A stretch of DNA of 64,000 nt from Acidobacteriota bacterium (GTDB lineage Bacteria > Acidobacteriota > Vicinamibacteria > Marinacidobacterales > Marinacidobacteraceae), in assembly GCA_009835985.1 (NCBI GenBank), contig VXWI01000113.1, positions 172 through 64,171 of the forward strand. The letters are read 5' to 3'. The position numbers and the translations under genes are program-made. Below are positions 51,995 to 60,270 of this stretch, one piece after another; position 1 is the stretch's first letter, and the number at the start of each line of letters is the position of its first letter. The notes beneath the pieces are model-generated. The model was not told where the DNA came from. It saw nothing but the letters and a program-made list of their open reading frames with translations, and ran no database searches.

Positions 51995-54088
51995 ATGACC
52001 GCCAGCAGGGCTTCGCTTCCCGGGCCGCCGCGCGCGCCCCGCCGCCCCGTCTCCTACGAGAAGTTCGGGCGGCGGTGGACGGATCCCTGGGCCTGGATCC
52101 GGGACCGCGACGACCCCAAGGTGCTGGGGCATCTGGAGGCGGAAAACGCGTGGACCGAGCGGTGTCTCGCCCCCTGGTCCGGCATTCGCGACGCGGTGCT
52201 CGGGGAGATGAAGTCCCGCATCGTCCCGGACACCGCCTCTCCGCCGGTCCGGCACGGCCCCTTCCTCTATTCCTCGCGCTATCGCCACGGCGAGGAGTAC
52301 CCGGTGTTCTGCCGCCGCCGGGCTGGATCGGAAGGCCGCCGGGCGGGCCGGGAAGAGACCCTGCTGGACGGGAACCAACTGGCCCGCGAGGCGCACGGAG
52401 AAGCGGCCGACGGCTACTTCTCGCTCGGGGCCGTCGAGATCTGCCCGGAGCACCGGATCCTCGCGTTCGCCACCGACACCGTGGGACGGCGTATCCACGA
52501 GATCCGTTTCCGGGACACCCGGACGGGCGGGGAACTGGCGGACCGGATTCCCGGCGCCGCGCCCAACCTCGTCTGGAGCCGCGCCGGCGACGCAGTCGTC
52601 TATACCCGCCTCGATCCCGAGACGCTGCGTTGGGACCGCGTGATGCTCCACCGCCTCGGCGAACCAGCCGACCAGGACATCCTGCTCTACGAGGAGACCG
52701 ACGAGACCTTCTGGGTCGCGGCCCACGAGAGCCGTTCGCGTGAGTTCGTGCTGCTCCACTGCGAACAGACGGATCGCGCCGAGGCCTGGGCGATCCCGAG
52801 CGGCGATCCGGCGGCCGGCCCGCGCCGGATCGTTCCGCGCGGCGATCCGCACGAGTTCCAACTCGATCACTTCCGCGGCCGCTTCCTGATCCGGACGAAC
52901 CGCAGCGCTCCCGATTTCCGGCTGGTGGCCGCACCCGAGGAGAACCCCGCGGACGAGGCCACCTGGGAGGACCTCGTTCCCGCCCGAAAGGACGTCCATC
53001 TCGAAAGCTTCGAGCTCTTCGACACCCATCTGGCGCTGTTCGAGCGCCGGGCCGGGCGCCAGGAACTCCGCCTGCTCGATTGGAACGGAGGCCTGAGCCG
53101 GCGCGTGCCGCTGCCGGGCCCGGTGCGGGCGCTCGACGAGGAGGACAACCCGGAACCCGGCGCGGGCGCAGTGCGCGTCGTGGTCAGCACCCCGAAGACT
53201 CCGCCCACCACCCTTGCCGTCTCGCTCGAGACCGGCCGCCGCCGGACGCTGAAGCGGGAAGAGGTGCCCGGATTCCGCTCCGCCGACTACCGGGTCCGCT
53301 GTCTCTCGGCGCGGGCGGAGGACGGGACCCGGATTCCGATTTCGCTGGTCCACCACCGCGAGCATCCTCCGTCGCCGTCGTCGCCCCTGCTGCTCTACGG
53401 CTACGGCGCCTACGGCATTTCCATGGATCCCGCCTTCTCCCGGGCGCGCCCCAGCCTGCTCGACCGCGGGTTCGCCTTCGCGGTCGCGCACATCCGGGGC
53501 GGCCAGGAACTCGGGCGGGCCTGGTACGAAGCGGGCCGGCAGGAGCGGAAGACGAACACCTTCCACGACTTCATCGCCTGCGCGCGCCATCTCCGAAGGC
53601 GCCGGATGTGCGATCCGGACCGGATGTTCGCGATGGGGGGAAGCGCCGGAGGCCTCCTCATGGGAGCGGTCCTCAACGAGGAACCCGGACTCTTCGCCGG
53701 GATGGTGGCGATCGTCCCCTTCGTGGACGTGCTGAACACGATGCTCGACCCGGAGATTCCGCTCACCACCGCCGAGTACGACGAGTGGGGCGATCCCAAC
53801 CGGAAGGAGTTCTTCGAACTGCTGGCGAGCTACGCACCCTGCGAGAACGTCCCCGAAGCTCCCCTGCCCCACGTGCTGGTCACCAGCGGACTGCACGATT
53901 CCCAGGTGCAGTTCTGGGAACCCACCAAGTGGGTGCAGCGCCTGCGGGAACAAAACACCGACCCGGACGCGCGGATCCTCCTGCGCACGAACCTCGACGC
54001 CGGCCACGGAGGCCGCTCCGGGCGCTACCGGGGCCTCGAGGAGACCGCGGAGATTTACGCGTTCCTCATCGGACTGAGCGGGAAGTAG
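51995..54088 (+). CDS. ptrB: Oligopeptidase B / prolyl-oligopeptidase family S9A serine protease
   Basis: 697-aa track ORF. The N-terminal block is WTDPWAWIRDRDDPKVLGHLEAENAW. The catalytic domain has MGGSAGGLLMGAVLN (Ser), VTSGLHDSQV (Asp) and LDAGHGG (His). Confidence 0.85.
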   Translation: MTASRASLPGPPRAPRRPVSYEKFGRRWTDPWAWIRDRDDPKVLGHLEAENAWTERCLAPWSGIRDAVLGEMKSRIVPDTASPPVRHGPFLYSSRYRHGEEYPVFCRRRAGSEGRRAGREETLLDGNQLAREAHGEAADGYFSLGAVEICPEHRILAFATDTVGRRIHEIRFRDTRTGGELADRIPGAAPNLVWSRAGDAVVYTRLDPETLRWDRVMLHRLGEPADQDILLYEETDETFWVAAHESRSREFVLLHCEQTDRAEAWAIPSGDPAAGPRRIVPRGDPHEFQLDHFRGRFLIRTNRSAPDFRLVAAPEENPADEATWEDLVPARKDVHLESFELFDTHLALFERRAGRQELRLLDWNGGLSRRVPLPGPVRALDEEDNPEPGAGAVRVVVSTPKTPPTTLAVSLETGRRRTLKREEVPGFRSADYRVRCLSARAEDGTRIPISLVHHREHPPSPSSPLLLYGYGAYGISMDPAFSRARPSLLDRGFAFAVAHIRGGQELGRAWYEAGRQERKTNTFHDFIACARHLRRRRMCDPDRMFAMGGSAGGLLMGAVLNEEPGLFAGMVAIVPFVDVLNTMLDPEIPLTTAEYDEWGDPNRKEFFELLASYAPCENVPEAPLPHVLVTSGLHDSQVQFWEPTKWVQRLREQNTDPDARILLRTNLDAGHGGRSGRYRGLEETAEIYAFLIGLSGK

Positions 54089-54113
54089 CGGCCGCGGGAT
54101 CGGCGTCCCCGGC

Positions 54114-55511
54114 TCAGACGGACGTCGTCTTCCAGCCGCCGCGGCGGAAGACCAGCGTGCTGACCACCGCGGACAGCGAATAGGCGAGCGCCACCGCCCA
54201 GAACACCCCGTCCACGCCGAGGGCGGTGCGGGAGAGCATCCACGCAACCGGGATTTCGAAGAGCCAGAAGCAGAAGAGGTCGATCCAGGTCGGCGTGCGG
54301 GTGTCCCCCGCCCCGTTGAACGCCTGCCGGGTGACCATCCCGAGGGCGTAGAAGACGTAGCCGTAGCTGACCACGCGGAGCGCGGTGGCGGCGATCCCGA
54401 GCACCTCCGGGTCGTCGGTGAAGATCCGGGCGATGTCCGGCGCGAACGCCACGAAGGCGCCCGTGACCAGGGCCATGAAGCCCATGTTCCAGGCGCTCGT
54501 GATCCACACCGCGCGCTCGGCGCGGTCGGGCTTCCCGGCCCCGAGGTTCTGGCCCACGAGCGTCGACGCCGCATTCGAGAGCCCCCAGCACGGGAGGATC
54601 ACGAAGAGCGCCACCCGGATGGCGATGACCCAGCCGGCGACCGCGATGGTGCCGAAGCTCGCGATGATGCGGATCAGGAGGATCCACGGCAGCATGTCGG
54701 CGAGCATCTGCGCGATCCCGCCGACGGACACGCGGCAGAGGTTTTGGAGCACCCCCCACTGGGTCCGGATGTCCTCGCGCCGGATCCGGAGCCGCGACCC
54801 GTGGGTGAGGATCCAGAACTGGTAGAGGACGCCGGTTCCCCGTCCGATCGTCGTCGCCACCGCGGCTCCCGGAAGCCCGAGTTCCGGGAACGGCCCGAGT
54901 CCGAAGATCAGGCAGGGATCGAGGACGATGTTGATGCCGTTCGAGAGCCACAGCGCCCGCATCGCGGCCTGGGCGTCTCCCGCCCCCCGCAGGATCGCGT
55001 TGTTCAGGAACAGCAGGATGATGGTGGCCATCCCGGCATACATGATCCGCGCGTGGGGCGTGCCGACGGCGACCGTCTCGGCGTCCGCCCCCATGAGGCC
55101 CAGCACCTGGGGCGCGAAGACCACCCCGAGCGCTCCGAGCGCCACCGACACCACGAGCCCGAGTCCGATCGCCTGGACTCCCGTGCGCGCCGCTCCCCGC
55201 CGGTCCCCTTCCCCGACGCGGCGCGAAACCACCGCGGTCACCGCGAACGAAAACCCGATGGCGATCGCGTACACCAGATCGAGCGCGGTCTCGGTGATCC
55301 CGGCGGACGCGAGCGATGCGGCTCCCAGACGCGCGATGAAGAACGCGTCCACCACCGCGAAAATGGACTCGCCCACCATTTCGAGCGCCATCGGCACCGC
55401 GAGCACGAACACCGTGGGGGTGAGCGGGCCCGTAGTCAGGTCGCGGTCGGAACCGCGCAGCGCTTCGACGACGAGCGCGAGCACGCGTCGCGTCCTCGAG
55501 CCAAGAGGCAT
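54114..55511 (-). CDS. MATE-family multidrug/toxin efflux transporter
   Basis: 465-aa track ORF with 12-TM organisation. MATE-like blocks are VFVLAVPMALEMVGESIFAVVDAFFIARLG and ASTLVGQNLGAGKPDRA. Confidence 0.9.
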   Translation of the reverse strand: MPLGSRTRRVLALVVEALRGSDRDLTTGPLTPTVFVLAVPMALEMVGESIFAVVDAFFIARLGAASLASAGITETALDLVYAIAIGFSFAVTAVVSRRVGEGDRRGAARTGVQAIGLGLVVSVALGALGVVFAPQVLGLMGADAETVAVGTPHARIMYAGMATIILLFLNNAILRGAGDAQAAMRALWLSNGINIVLDPCLIFGLGPFPELGLPGAAVATTIGRGTGVLYQFWILTHGSRLRIRREDIRTQWGVLQNLCRVSVGGIAQMLADMLPWILLIRIIASFGTIAVAGWVIAIRVALFVILPCWGLSNAASTLVGQNLGAGKPDRAERAVWITSAWNMGFMALVTGAFVAFAPDIARIFTDDPEVLGIAATALRVVSYGYVFYALGMVTRQAFNGAGDTRTPTWIDLFCFWLFEIPVAWMLSRTALGVDGVFWAVALAYSLSAVVSTLVFRRGGWKTTSV

Positions 55512-55597
55512 GGTGACGTGGGGAGCCGGGCGGCCTAGCTAGCGCCGTCCGTACAGGCGGCCGTATGGCAGGAGGGGCGCACGCTTCGGATCCCGGA

Positions 55598-56419
55598 TCA
55601 GGCCGGTGGAATCAGCGCGACGACCCTTACCGGGGCGCCGGTCCCAGCCTCGATCTTCATGGGGAGGGCGATCAACAGGAATCCGGTCGCCGGCACTTCC
55701 GAAAGGTCCCCGACGTTCTCCAGGTTGGGAATCCCGGCCGCGCCGCCGACCTGGTGCGCGATGAAGTCGGTGGAAGGACCGTAGTCCACACTGGCGGTAT
55801 CGATGCCCACGAGCCCCACGTCCCGCTCGACCAGGAGCCGCATCGCGTCTTCGGCGACTCCCGGGAAGTGCAGATTGTCGGCGCGCCCCGGCTCGTCGTC
55901 ACCGAGATAGGAGAGCGCATCCGGCCAACGGGTCGCCCAGCCGGTCCGGAACAGGACGGCGGTGCCCGGCGCGATGATCCCGTGTTCCGCCTCCCAGTTC
56001 CGGATGTCGTCCGCACTCGCCTGGTAGTCCGCGTCCGCCGCCGCCTGGGCGCTCACGTCCACGACCACCCCGGGAGCGATCAGCCGGCTGAGGGGAATCT
56101 CGCCGACGAGATCGGCGTCCTCGTAGAAGTGGTACGGCGCGTCGAGGTGCGTTCCGCCGTGCTCGGCGGTGGCGAACTCCTTGGTCGAGTAGAAGTAACC
56201 GGCCGGGGTCACTCCCTCGGCCAGCGTGTCGAGCTGAAAGCCCTTCGTGTCCGTGGGCCAATACAGCGTGTTCTCGCCGTACTCGTGGCTGAGATCCACC
56301 ATCGTCCAGCCGGCGACGGTCTCGGGGCCGGGTAGCGGCGGCGCCTCTGCCGGAGCCCCACAAGATGCGGCCCCCAAGGCGGTGATGACAATGGCGGCGG
56401 GGAAGAATCGGGCTACCAT
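55598..56419 (-). CDS. Cyclase-family protein (kynurenine formamidase/arylformamidase-like), with signal peptide
   Basis: Track ORF 55598-56620, trimmed to ATG 56419 (MVARFFPAAIVITALGAASCG...). The metal motif EHGGTHLDAPYHF matches HxGTHxDxPxH, and GIDTASVD is also present. Confidence 0.8.
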   Translation of the reverse strand: MVARFFPAAIVITALGAASCGAPAEAPPLPGPETVAGWTMVDLSHEYGENTLYWPTDTKGFQLDTLAEGVTPAGYFYSTKEFATAEHGGTHLDAPYHFYEDADLVGEIPLSRLIAPGVVVDVSAQAAADADYQASADDIRNWEAEHGIIAPGTAVLFRTGWATRWPDALSYLGDDEPGRADNLHFPGVAEDAMRLLVERDVGLVGIDTASVDYGPSTDFIAHQVGGAAGIPNLENVGDLSEVPATGFLLIALPMKIEAGTGAPVRVVALIPPA

Positions 56420-56509
56420 GAAAAACCTGCCTTGCAGACGAAATGCTAGTGTGGTGTCCCGGGAATGGTGCGAGTCACCGAGACCGGCGAGGCGCCCGGC
56501 TGACAAGGC

Positions 56510-56550
56510 GCGAATCAGGAGGAATACCGAGTGTATTCCGACTGATTCGC
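56510..56550 (+). promoter_or_regulatory. 41-nt hairpin / near-perfect palindrome with symmetric tandem G-A mismatches
   Basis: GCGAATCAG-GA-GGAATAC-CGAGT-GTATTCC-GA-CTGATTCGC. That is 9-bp plus 7-bp helices separated by a 2x2 GA/GA internal loop, with a 5-nt apical loop. It lies in the divergent intergenic region 43 nt upstream of ATG 56593 and is relatively AT-rich. Confidence 0.5.
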
Positions 56551-56592
56551 AACGCCGAGCGCAGCGTTCAGCCGGGATGCATCGCCGTTCGA

Positions 56593-57045
56593 ATGCCGCA
56601 CGATTTTCGGGACACCGCACTAGCCAAAGAGGGCCTGTCCGGAGTTCTCGCGGCGTCCCTGGTGGTTGTGGCGGCGGCAGCGCTTCTCATACCCGGTGAA
56701 TCCGCGGGTCTCGTGGCTGCCGCCGCAGCAAGCCTCGCAATTGTCGCGGTGTGGTGTGCTGGCACTGTCGGCCGTCCGCAGCCCGGGATGGCGAAGCGAC
56801 CGAACCTTCTCCGCCGGGCGGTCACCGTCGGGTTCGGCCTGTCGCTGACCGCCGGTGCGCTGCTGGCGGCGGGGCTCGCGGACGGCCCGGGTTTGTTCGG
56901 CCTGCCGCGGTCGCTCTGGGGACTGCTGCTCGGGGTGTGGCTGATCCCCCTCGTCCTGACGAGCCTCGGTTTCGCGGCCACCTTCGCCCCGCCGACCCCG
57001 GCGGAAATGCAGCGGCTGCGCGCCCGATCGCGGGAAGGCCCTTGA
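56593..57045 (+). CDS. Small polytopic membrane protein, translationally coupled to the SSS transporter
   Basis: Track ORF 56443-57045, trimmed to ATG 56593 (MPHDFRDTALAKEGLSGVLAASLVVVAAAALL...). About four hydrophobic helices. No family recognised. Confidence 0.5.
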   Translation: MPHDFRDTALAKEGLSGVLAASLVVVAAAALLIPGESAGLVAAAAASLAIVAVWCAGTVGRPQPGMAKRPNLLRRAVTVGFGLSLTAGALLAAGLADGPGLFGLPRSLWGLLLGVWLIPLVLTSLGFAATFAPPTPAEMQRLRARSREGP

Positions 57046-58487
57046 TTCCGGCGCTCCTGCTCCTCCTGACCCTGGCGATCGGGATCGCCGCGGTCCGGAA
57101 GACGCGGGATTCCTCGGACTTCTTCGTCGCCGGACGACGTCTGGGCTCGCTCCGCGCCGGGCTCGCGGTGGCCGCCTCGGCCTTCAGTGGCTTCGTGTTC
57201 CTCGGCGGGCCGGGGCTGACCGCCGAGGTCGGCTTCGGTTCGCTGTTCATCGTGGTTCCCGCCGGGTTCACCGCCGCGCTGCTCTGCCGCACCGTGGGGC
57301 GGCGGCTGGTGCTGATCGCCGAGGCGAGTGGCGCCGAGACCCTTCCTGAGTCCATCGCCTTCCGCTTCGGGAGCCGCGCGCCGGCGGCCCTGGCGGCGGT
57401 CGCGATCCTGGCCGGGAGCGTCATCTACCTGGGAGTCCAGCTCGCGGCGCTCGCCCGGGCCGCCCATTTCGCTTTCCCGGACCTGAGCCTGACGACCGCT
57501 CTCGCGCTCGGTCTGGCGGTGGTGCTCGCCTATTCGCTCGCCGGCGGAATGGTGGCCTCGGTGAACACCGACGTGCTCCAGGCGGTCGTGATGGTGGGTG
57601 CGGCGACGGCGGCGTTCTTCTGGGTCATGACGGAAGTCGGCGGTCCGGCGGGCGTCGCCGGGAGCGCGCCCGCCCGGGGACTCGACACCGGCGGATTCCT
57701 CGAGCCGCTGGGCGTCCTCGACCCGGCAACCGGGCTCGGATTCCTGCTGCTCTTCTCGATCGGCACCCTCGGGCAACCCCATATGCTCCACAAGTTCCTG
57801 ATGCTGAAGAGCCCGGAGGCGCTCCGCTATCTGCCGGCGGTCATCGGCGGCGCCCAGGGGCTCAGCATCCTCGTCTGGATGGGCCTCGGGACCGGCGCGC
57901 TGCTGTTGCTCGGCGGCGCGCCGGGGAGCGCCTCCGGACATCCGGACGAAGCGGCGCTCGCGATCCTCGGCCTGCCCGGGACCCCCGAACTGCTGGCCGG
58001 CCTCGTCGTGGCGGCGGTGCTCGCCGCCATCATGTCCACGAGCGACGCCTTCCTGAACCTCGGGGCGGCCGCCCTCTGCCGGGACCTGCCGCGGGCATGC
58101 GGTCGGGAACGGTTCCCGAGCCTGGCCGCCGCCCGCCTCGCGGCCCTCATCGTGGGGCTCGCGGCGCTGGGGATCGCCGCCTGGCATCTCGCGGAAGGGG
58201 GCCTCATCGCGCGGCTCGGGACGCTCGGGTTCGGCGCGTTCGGCGCGTCGCTCGCACCCACGCTGCTGCTCGGGCTCGCCTGGCGGCGAATCAGCGCGCG
58301 GACCGCGACCCTCGCCATGGCCGCGGGACTCGGTTCGCTGATCGCGCTGGAGAGCCTGCTCCCGGGATTCCCGGTGCCCACGGCGCTGCTCGCCATGGCG
58401 GCGGGCTTCCTCGTGCTGCTCGCCGCCGGTCTCTTCTCCCGGCCCGAGCCGGTCCCCGAGCCCGTCCGGCTCGCGATGACGCTGTGA
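57042..58487 (+). CDS. Sodium:solute symporter (SSS) family transporter
   Basis: Frame of track ORF 56751-58487. TTG 57042 overlaps the upstream TGA (TTGA). DFFVAGRRLGSLRAGLAVAASAFSGFVFLGGPG is the SSS N-terminal signature. About 13 TM helices. Confidence 0.85.
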   Translation: MIPALLLLLTLAIGIAAVRKTRDSSDFFVAGRRLGSLRAGLAVAASAFSGFVFLGGPGLTAEVGFGSLFIVVPAGFTAALLCRTVGRRLVLIAEASGAETLPESIAFRFGSRAPAALAAVAILAGSVIYLGVQLAALARAAHFAFPDLSLTTALALGLAVVLAYSLAGGMVASVNTDVLQAVVMVGAATAAFFWVMTEVGGPAGVAGSAPARGLDTGGFLEPLGVLDPATGLGFLLLFSIGTLGQPHMLHKFLMLKSPEALRYLPAVIGGAQGLSILVWMGLGTGALLLLGGAPGSASGHPDEAALAILGLPGTPELLAGLVVAAVLAAIMSTSDAFLNLGAAALCRDLPRACGRERFPSLAAARLAALIVGLAALGIAAWHLAEGGLIARLGTLGFGAFGASLAPTLLLGLAWRRISARTATLAMAAGLGSLIALESLLPGFPVPTALLAMAAGFLVLLAAGLFSRPEPVPEPVRLAMTL

Positions 58488-59545
58488 CCGGCGGAGCGGG
58501 CGGGCGGCTGCGCATCGCGCTGATCACCGGCGGCTCCACTCCGGAGCGCGACGTCGCGCTGGCGGGCGCCGGCGAGGTCCTTCGCGCCCTGCGGGTGGCG
58601 GGGCACGAAGTGACCGCGGTGGATACCGTGCACGGCGCCCTGGGACCCGAGCAGGAAGGTCAGTTCCTCGCGCTCCGGGTGGGCCGCAAACCGCCCGCCG
58701 ACCAGGAACTGGCGCTGGCGCGCGACCGCGAGGACGTGCCGGGACTCCTTCGCCTGAAACCGGTCAGCGGGGCCGACGTAGCCTTCCTCGTGCTCCACGG
58801 GCTCGACGGCGAGGGCGGGCTGCTGCAGGCGGTCCTCGAACTCGGAGGCCTTCCCTATACCGGCAGCGGGGTCCTGGCGAGCGCCCTGGCCATGGAGAAG
58901 GCCTCGGCCAAGCGTGTCCTGCAGGGCGCCGGGATTCCCACCCCGCGCTTCGAGTTGCTGGACACCGAGACCCCGGAGGACCGGCAGGCGGAGATCGAGG
59001 CCCTCGGCGCCCCCGTGGTCGTCAAGCCGTCCCGGGTGGGTTCCTCGGTAGGGCTCCGGATCGCCTACGACTTCGACGACGTCTGCTCCGCCGTCGCCGA
59101 GGCCCGCTGGCACGATCGTTGCGTTTTGGTGGAAGAAATGCTCCCCGGACGCGAATTCACCGTCGGCGTCGTCGGCGAGTCCGACGGCGTGGGCCTCGAG
59201 CCGTTGGGCGTCGGGGAGATCGTGACCCGCTCCGGACTCTTCGACTACCACGCCAAGTACACCCCGGGCGTCGCCGAGGAGATCTTTCCGGCCGACATCC
59301 CGGAGTCACTGGCGCGGAGCCTGCGCGACCTGACCGTGGAGACCCACCGGGCGCTCGGTCTCAGGGATTTTTCCCGGGTGGACTTCCGACTCGACGCGAA
59401 CGGCGATCCCTCCGTGCTGGAGGCCAACACGCTCCCGGGGATGACCACCCGCAGCCTGCTGCCGCAGTCGGCGGCGGTGATGGGGATCAGCTTTCCGGTG
59501 CTCTGCGACCGGATCGCCAGACTCGCCGCGACAAGGAGGACGTGA
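58484..59545 (+). CDS. ddl: D-alanine--D-alanine ligase (ATP-grasp)
   Basis: Frame of track ORF 58097-59545. GTG 58484 overlaps the SSS TGA (GTGA). Motifs: RIALITGGSTPERDVAL, VAFLVLHGLDGEGGLLQAVLELGGLPYTGSGVLASALAMEKASAKRVL, VVVKPSRVGSSVG, EANTLPGMT. Confidence 0.85.
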   Translation: MTGGAGGRLRIALITGGSTPERDVALAGAGEVLRALRVAGHEVTAVDTVHGALGPEQEGQFLALRVGRKPPADQELALARDREDVPGLLRLKPVSGADVAFLVLHGLDGEGGLLQAVLELGGLPYTGSGVLASALAMEKASAKRVLQGAGIPTPRFELLDTETPEDRQAEIEALGAPVVVKPSRVGSSVGLRIAYDFDDVCSAVAEARWHDRCVLVEEMLPGREFTVGVVGESDGVGLEPLGVGEIVTRSGLFDYHAKYTPGVAEEIFPADIPESLARSLRDLTVETHRALGLRDFSRVDFRLDANGDPSVLEANTLPGMTTRSLLPQSAAVMGISFPVLCDRIARLAATRRT

Positions 59546-59546
59546 G

Positions 59547-60212
59547 ATGACGACGCTTGGGATTCCCCGGCGCCTGGTGCTGGTCACCGGTGGCGCCCTG
59601 ACGCTCGCTCTGGCGGCCTGCTCACAGGCCGTGCTGGTGCGGCCGGCCCCCTCGTACGAGGCGTTCGCGTTCGAGGCGTCGTTGCCGGCGGCGGCGGCGG
59701 TCTTCGTGGACGCCGACCAGCTCTTCCGGGAGGTCCGCATGACTCCCGATCCAGTGGACGGAGACTCCCTGTGCGACGAAGTCACCTATCCGGTGGACGC
59801 ACGCGAAGCGCTCGAGGTCTCGGTCGTCGGCACCCTGGAACGGCTGGTGGCCGACATCGTACCGACCGCCGCGCCGCTGGACCGGCAGGCGATGGAGGCG
59901 CGCGGCCTCGACGCCGTGCTCGTGGTCCGCGCCGACACGTTCAACGTAGGCCTGACAAGCGGGGCTTTCCTGAGCTTCGAGGCGGGCGCCGAACTCACGC
60001 TCTCGGTCTCGGCGTTCACCGGCGACGGCCTGCAACTACGCGACGTGGTGTTCGGCAACGCGGTCCAGACCGAGAGCGGCATCACCTGCGGCAACGGCTC
60101 CGAGGCTCTCGGCGCCGCGGTTGAAATCGCCATTGAGAACGCGATGACCGAGCTCGGCGAGCTGATCGCGAACTCCCCCGAGCTGCGACGCTCGCTGGGC
60201 GCCGAAGGCTGA
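59547..60212 (+). CDS. Hypothetical lipoprotein
   Basis: 221-aa track ORF starting 1 nt after the ddl stop. Canonical lipobox LTLALAAC. No family recognised. Confidence 0.55.
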   Translation: MTTLGIPRRLVLVTGGALTLALAACSQAVLVRPAPSYEAFAFEASLPAAAAVFVDADQLFREVRMTPDPVDGDSLCDEVTYPVDAREALEVSVVGTLERLVADIVPTAAPLDRQAMEARGLDAVLVVRADTFNVGLTSGAFLSFEAGAELTLSVSAFTGDGLQLRDVVFGNAVQTESGITCGNGSEALGAAVEIAIENAMTELGELIANSPELRRSLGAEG

Positions 60213-60270
60213 TCCGGCCGGCGCGGGAACGCGCGACGCCCCGGGGAGGGTCGGGGGCCAGAATAGGGCC

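Noticed and set aside
4710-56419. A kynurenine-pathway gene cluster (kynU at 4710-5987 plus the cyclase/formamidase-like gene at 55598-56419)
   Set aside because: The two genes are 50 kb apart and no kynA is present. The formamidase-like protein carries a signal peptide, so there is no evidence of a shared operon or pathway.
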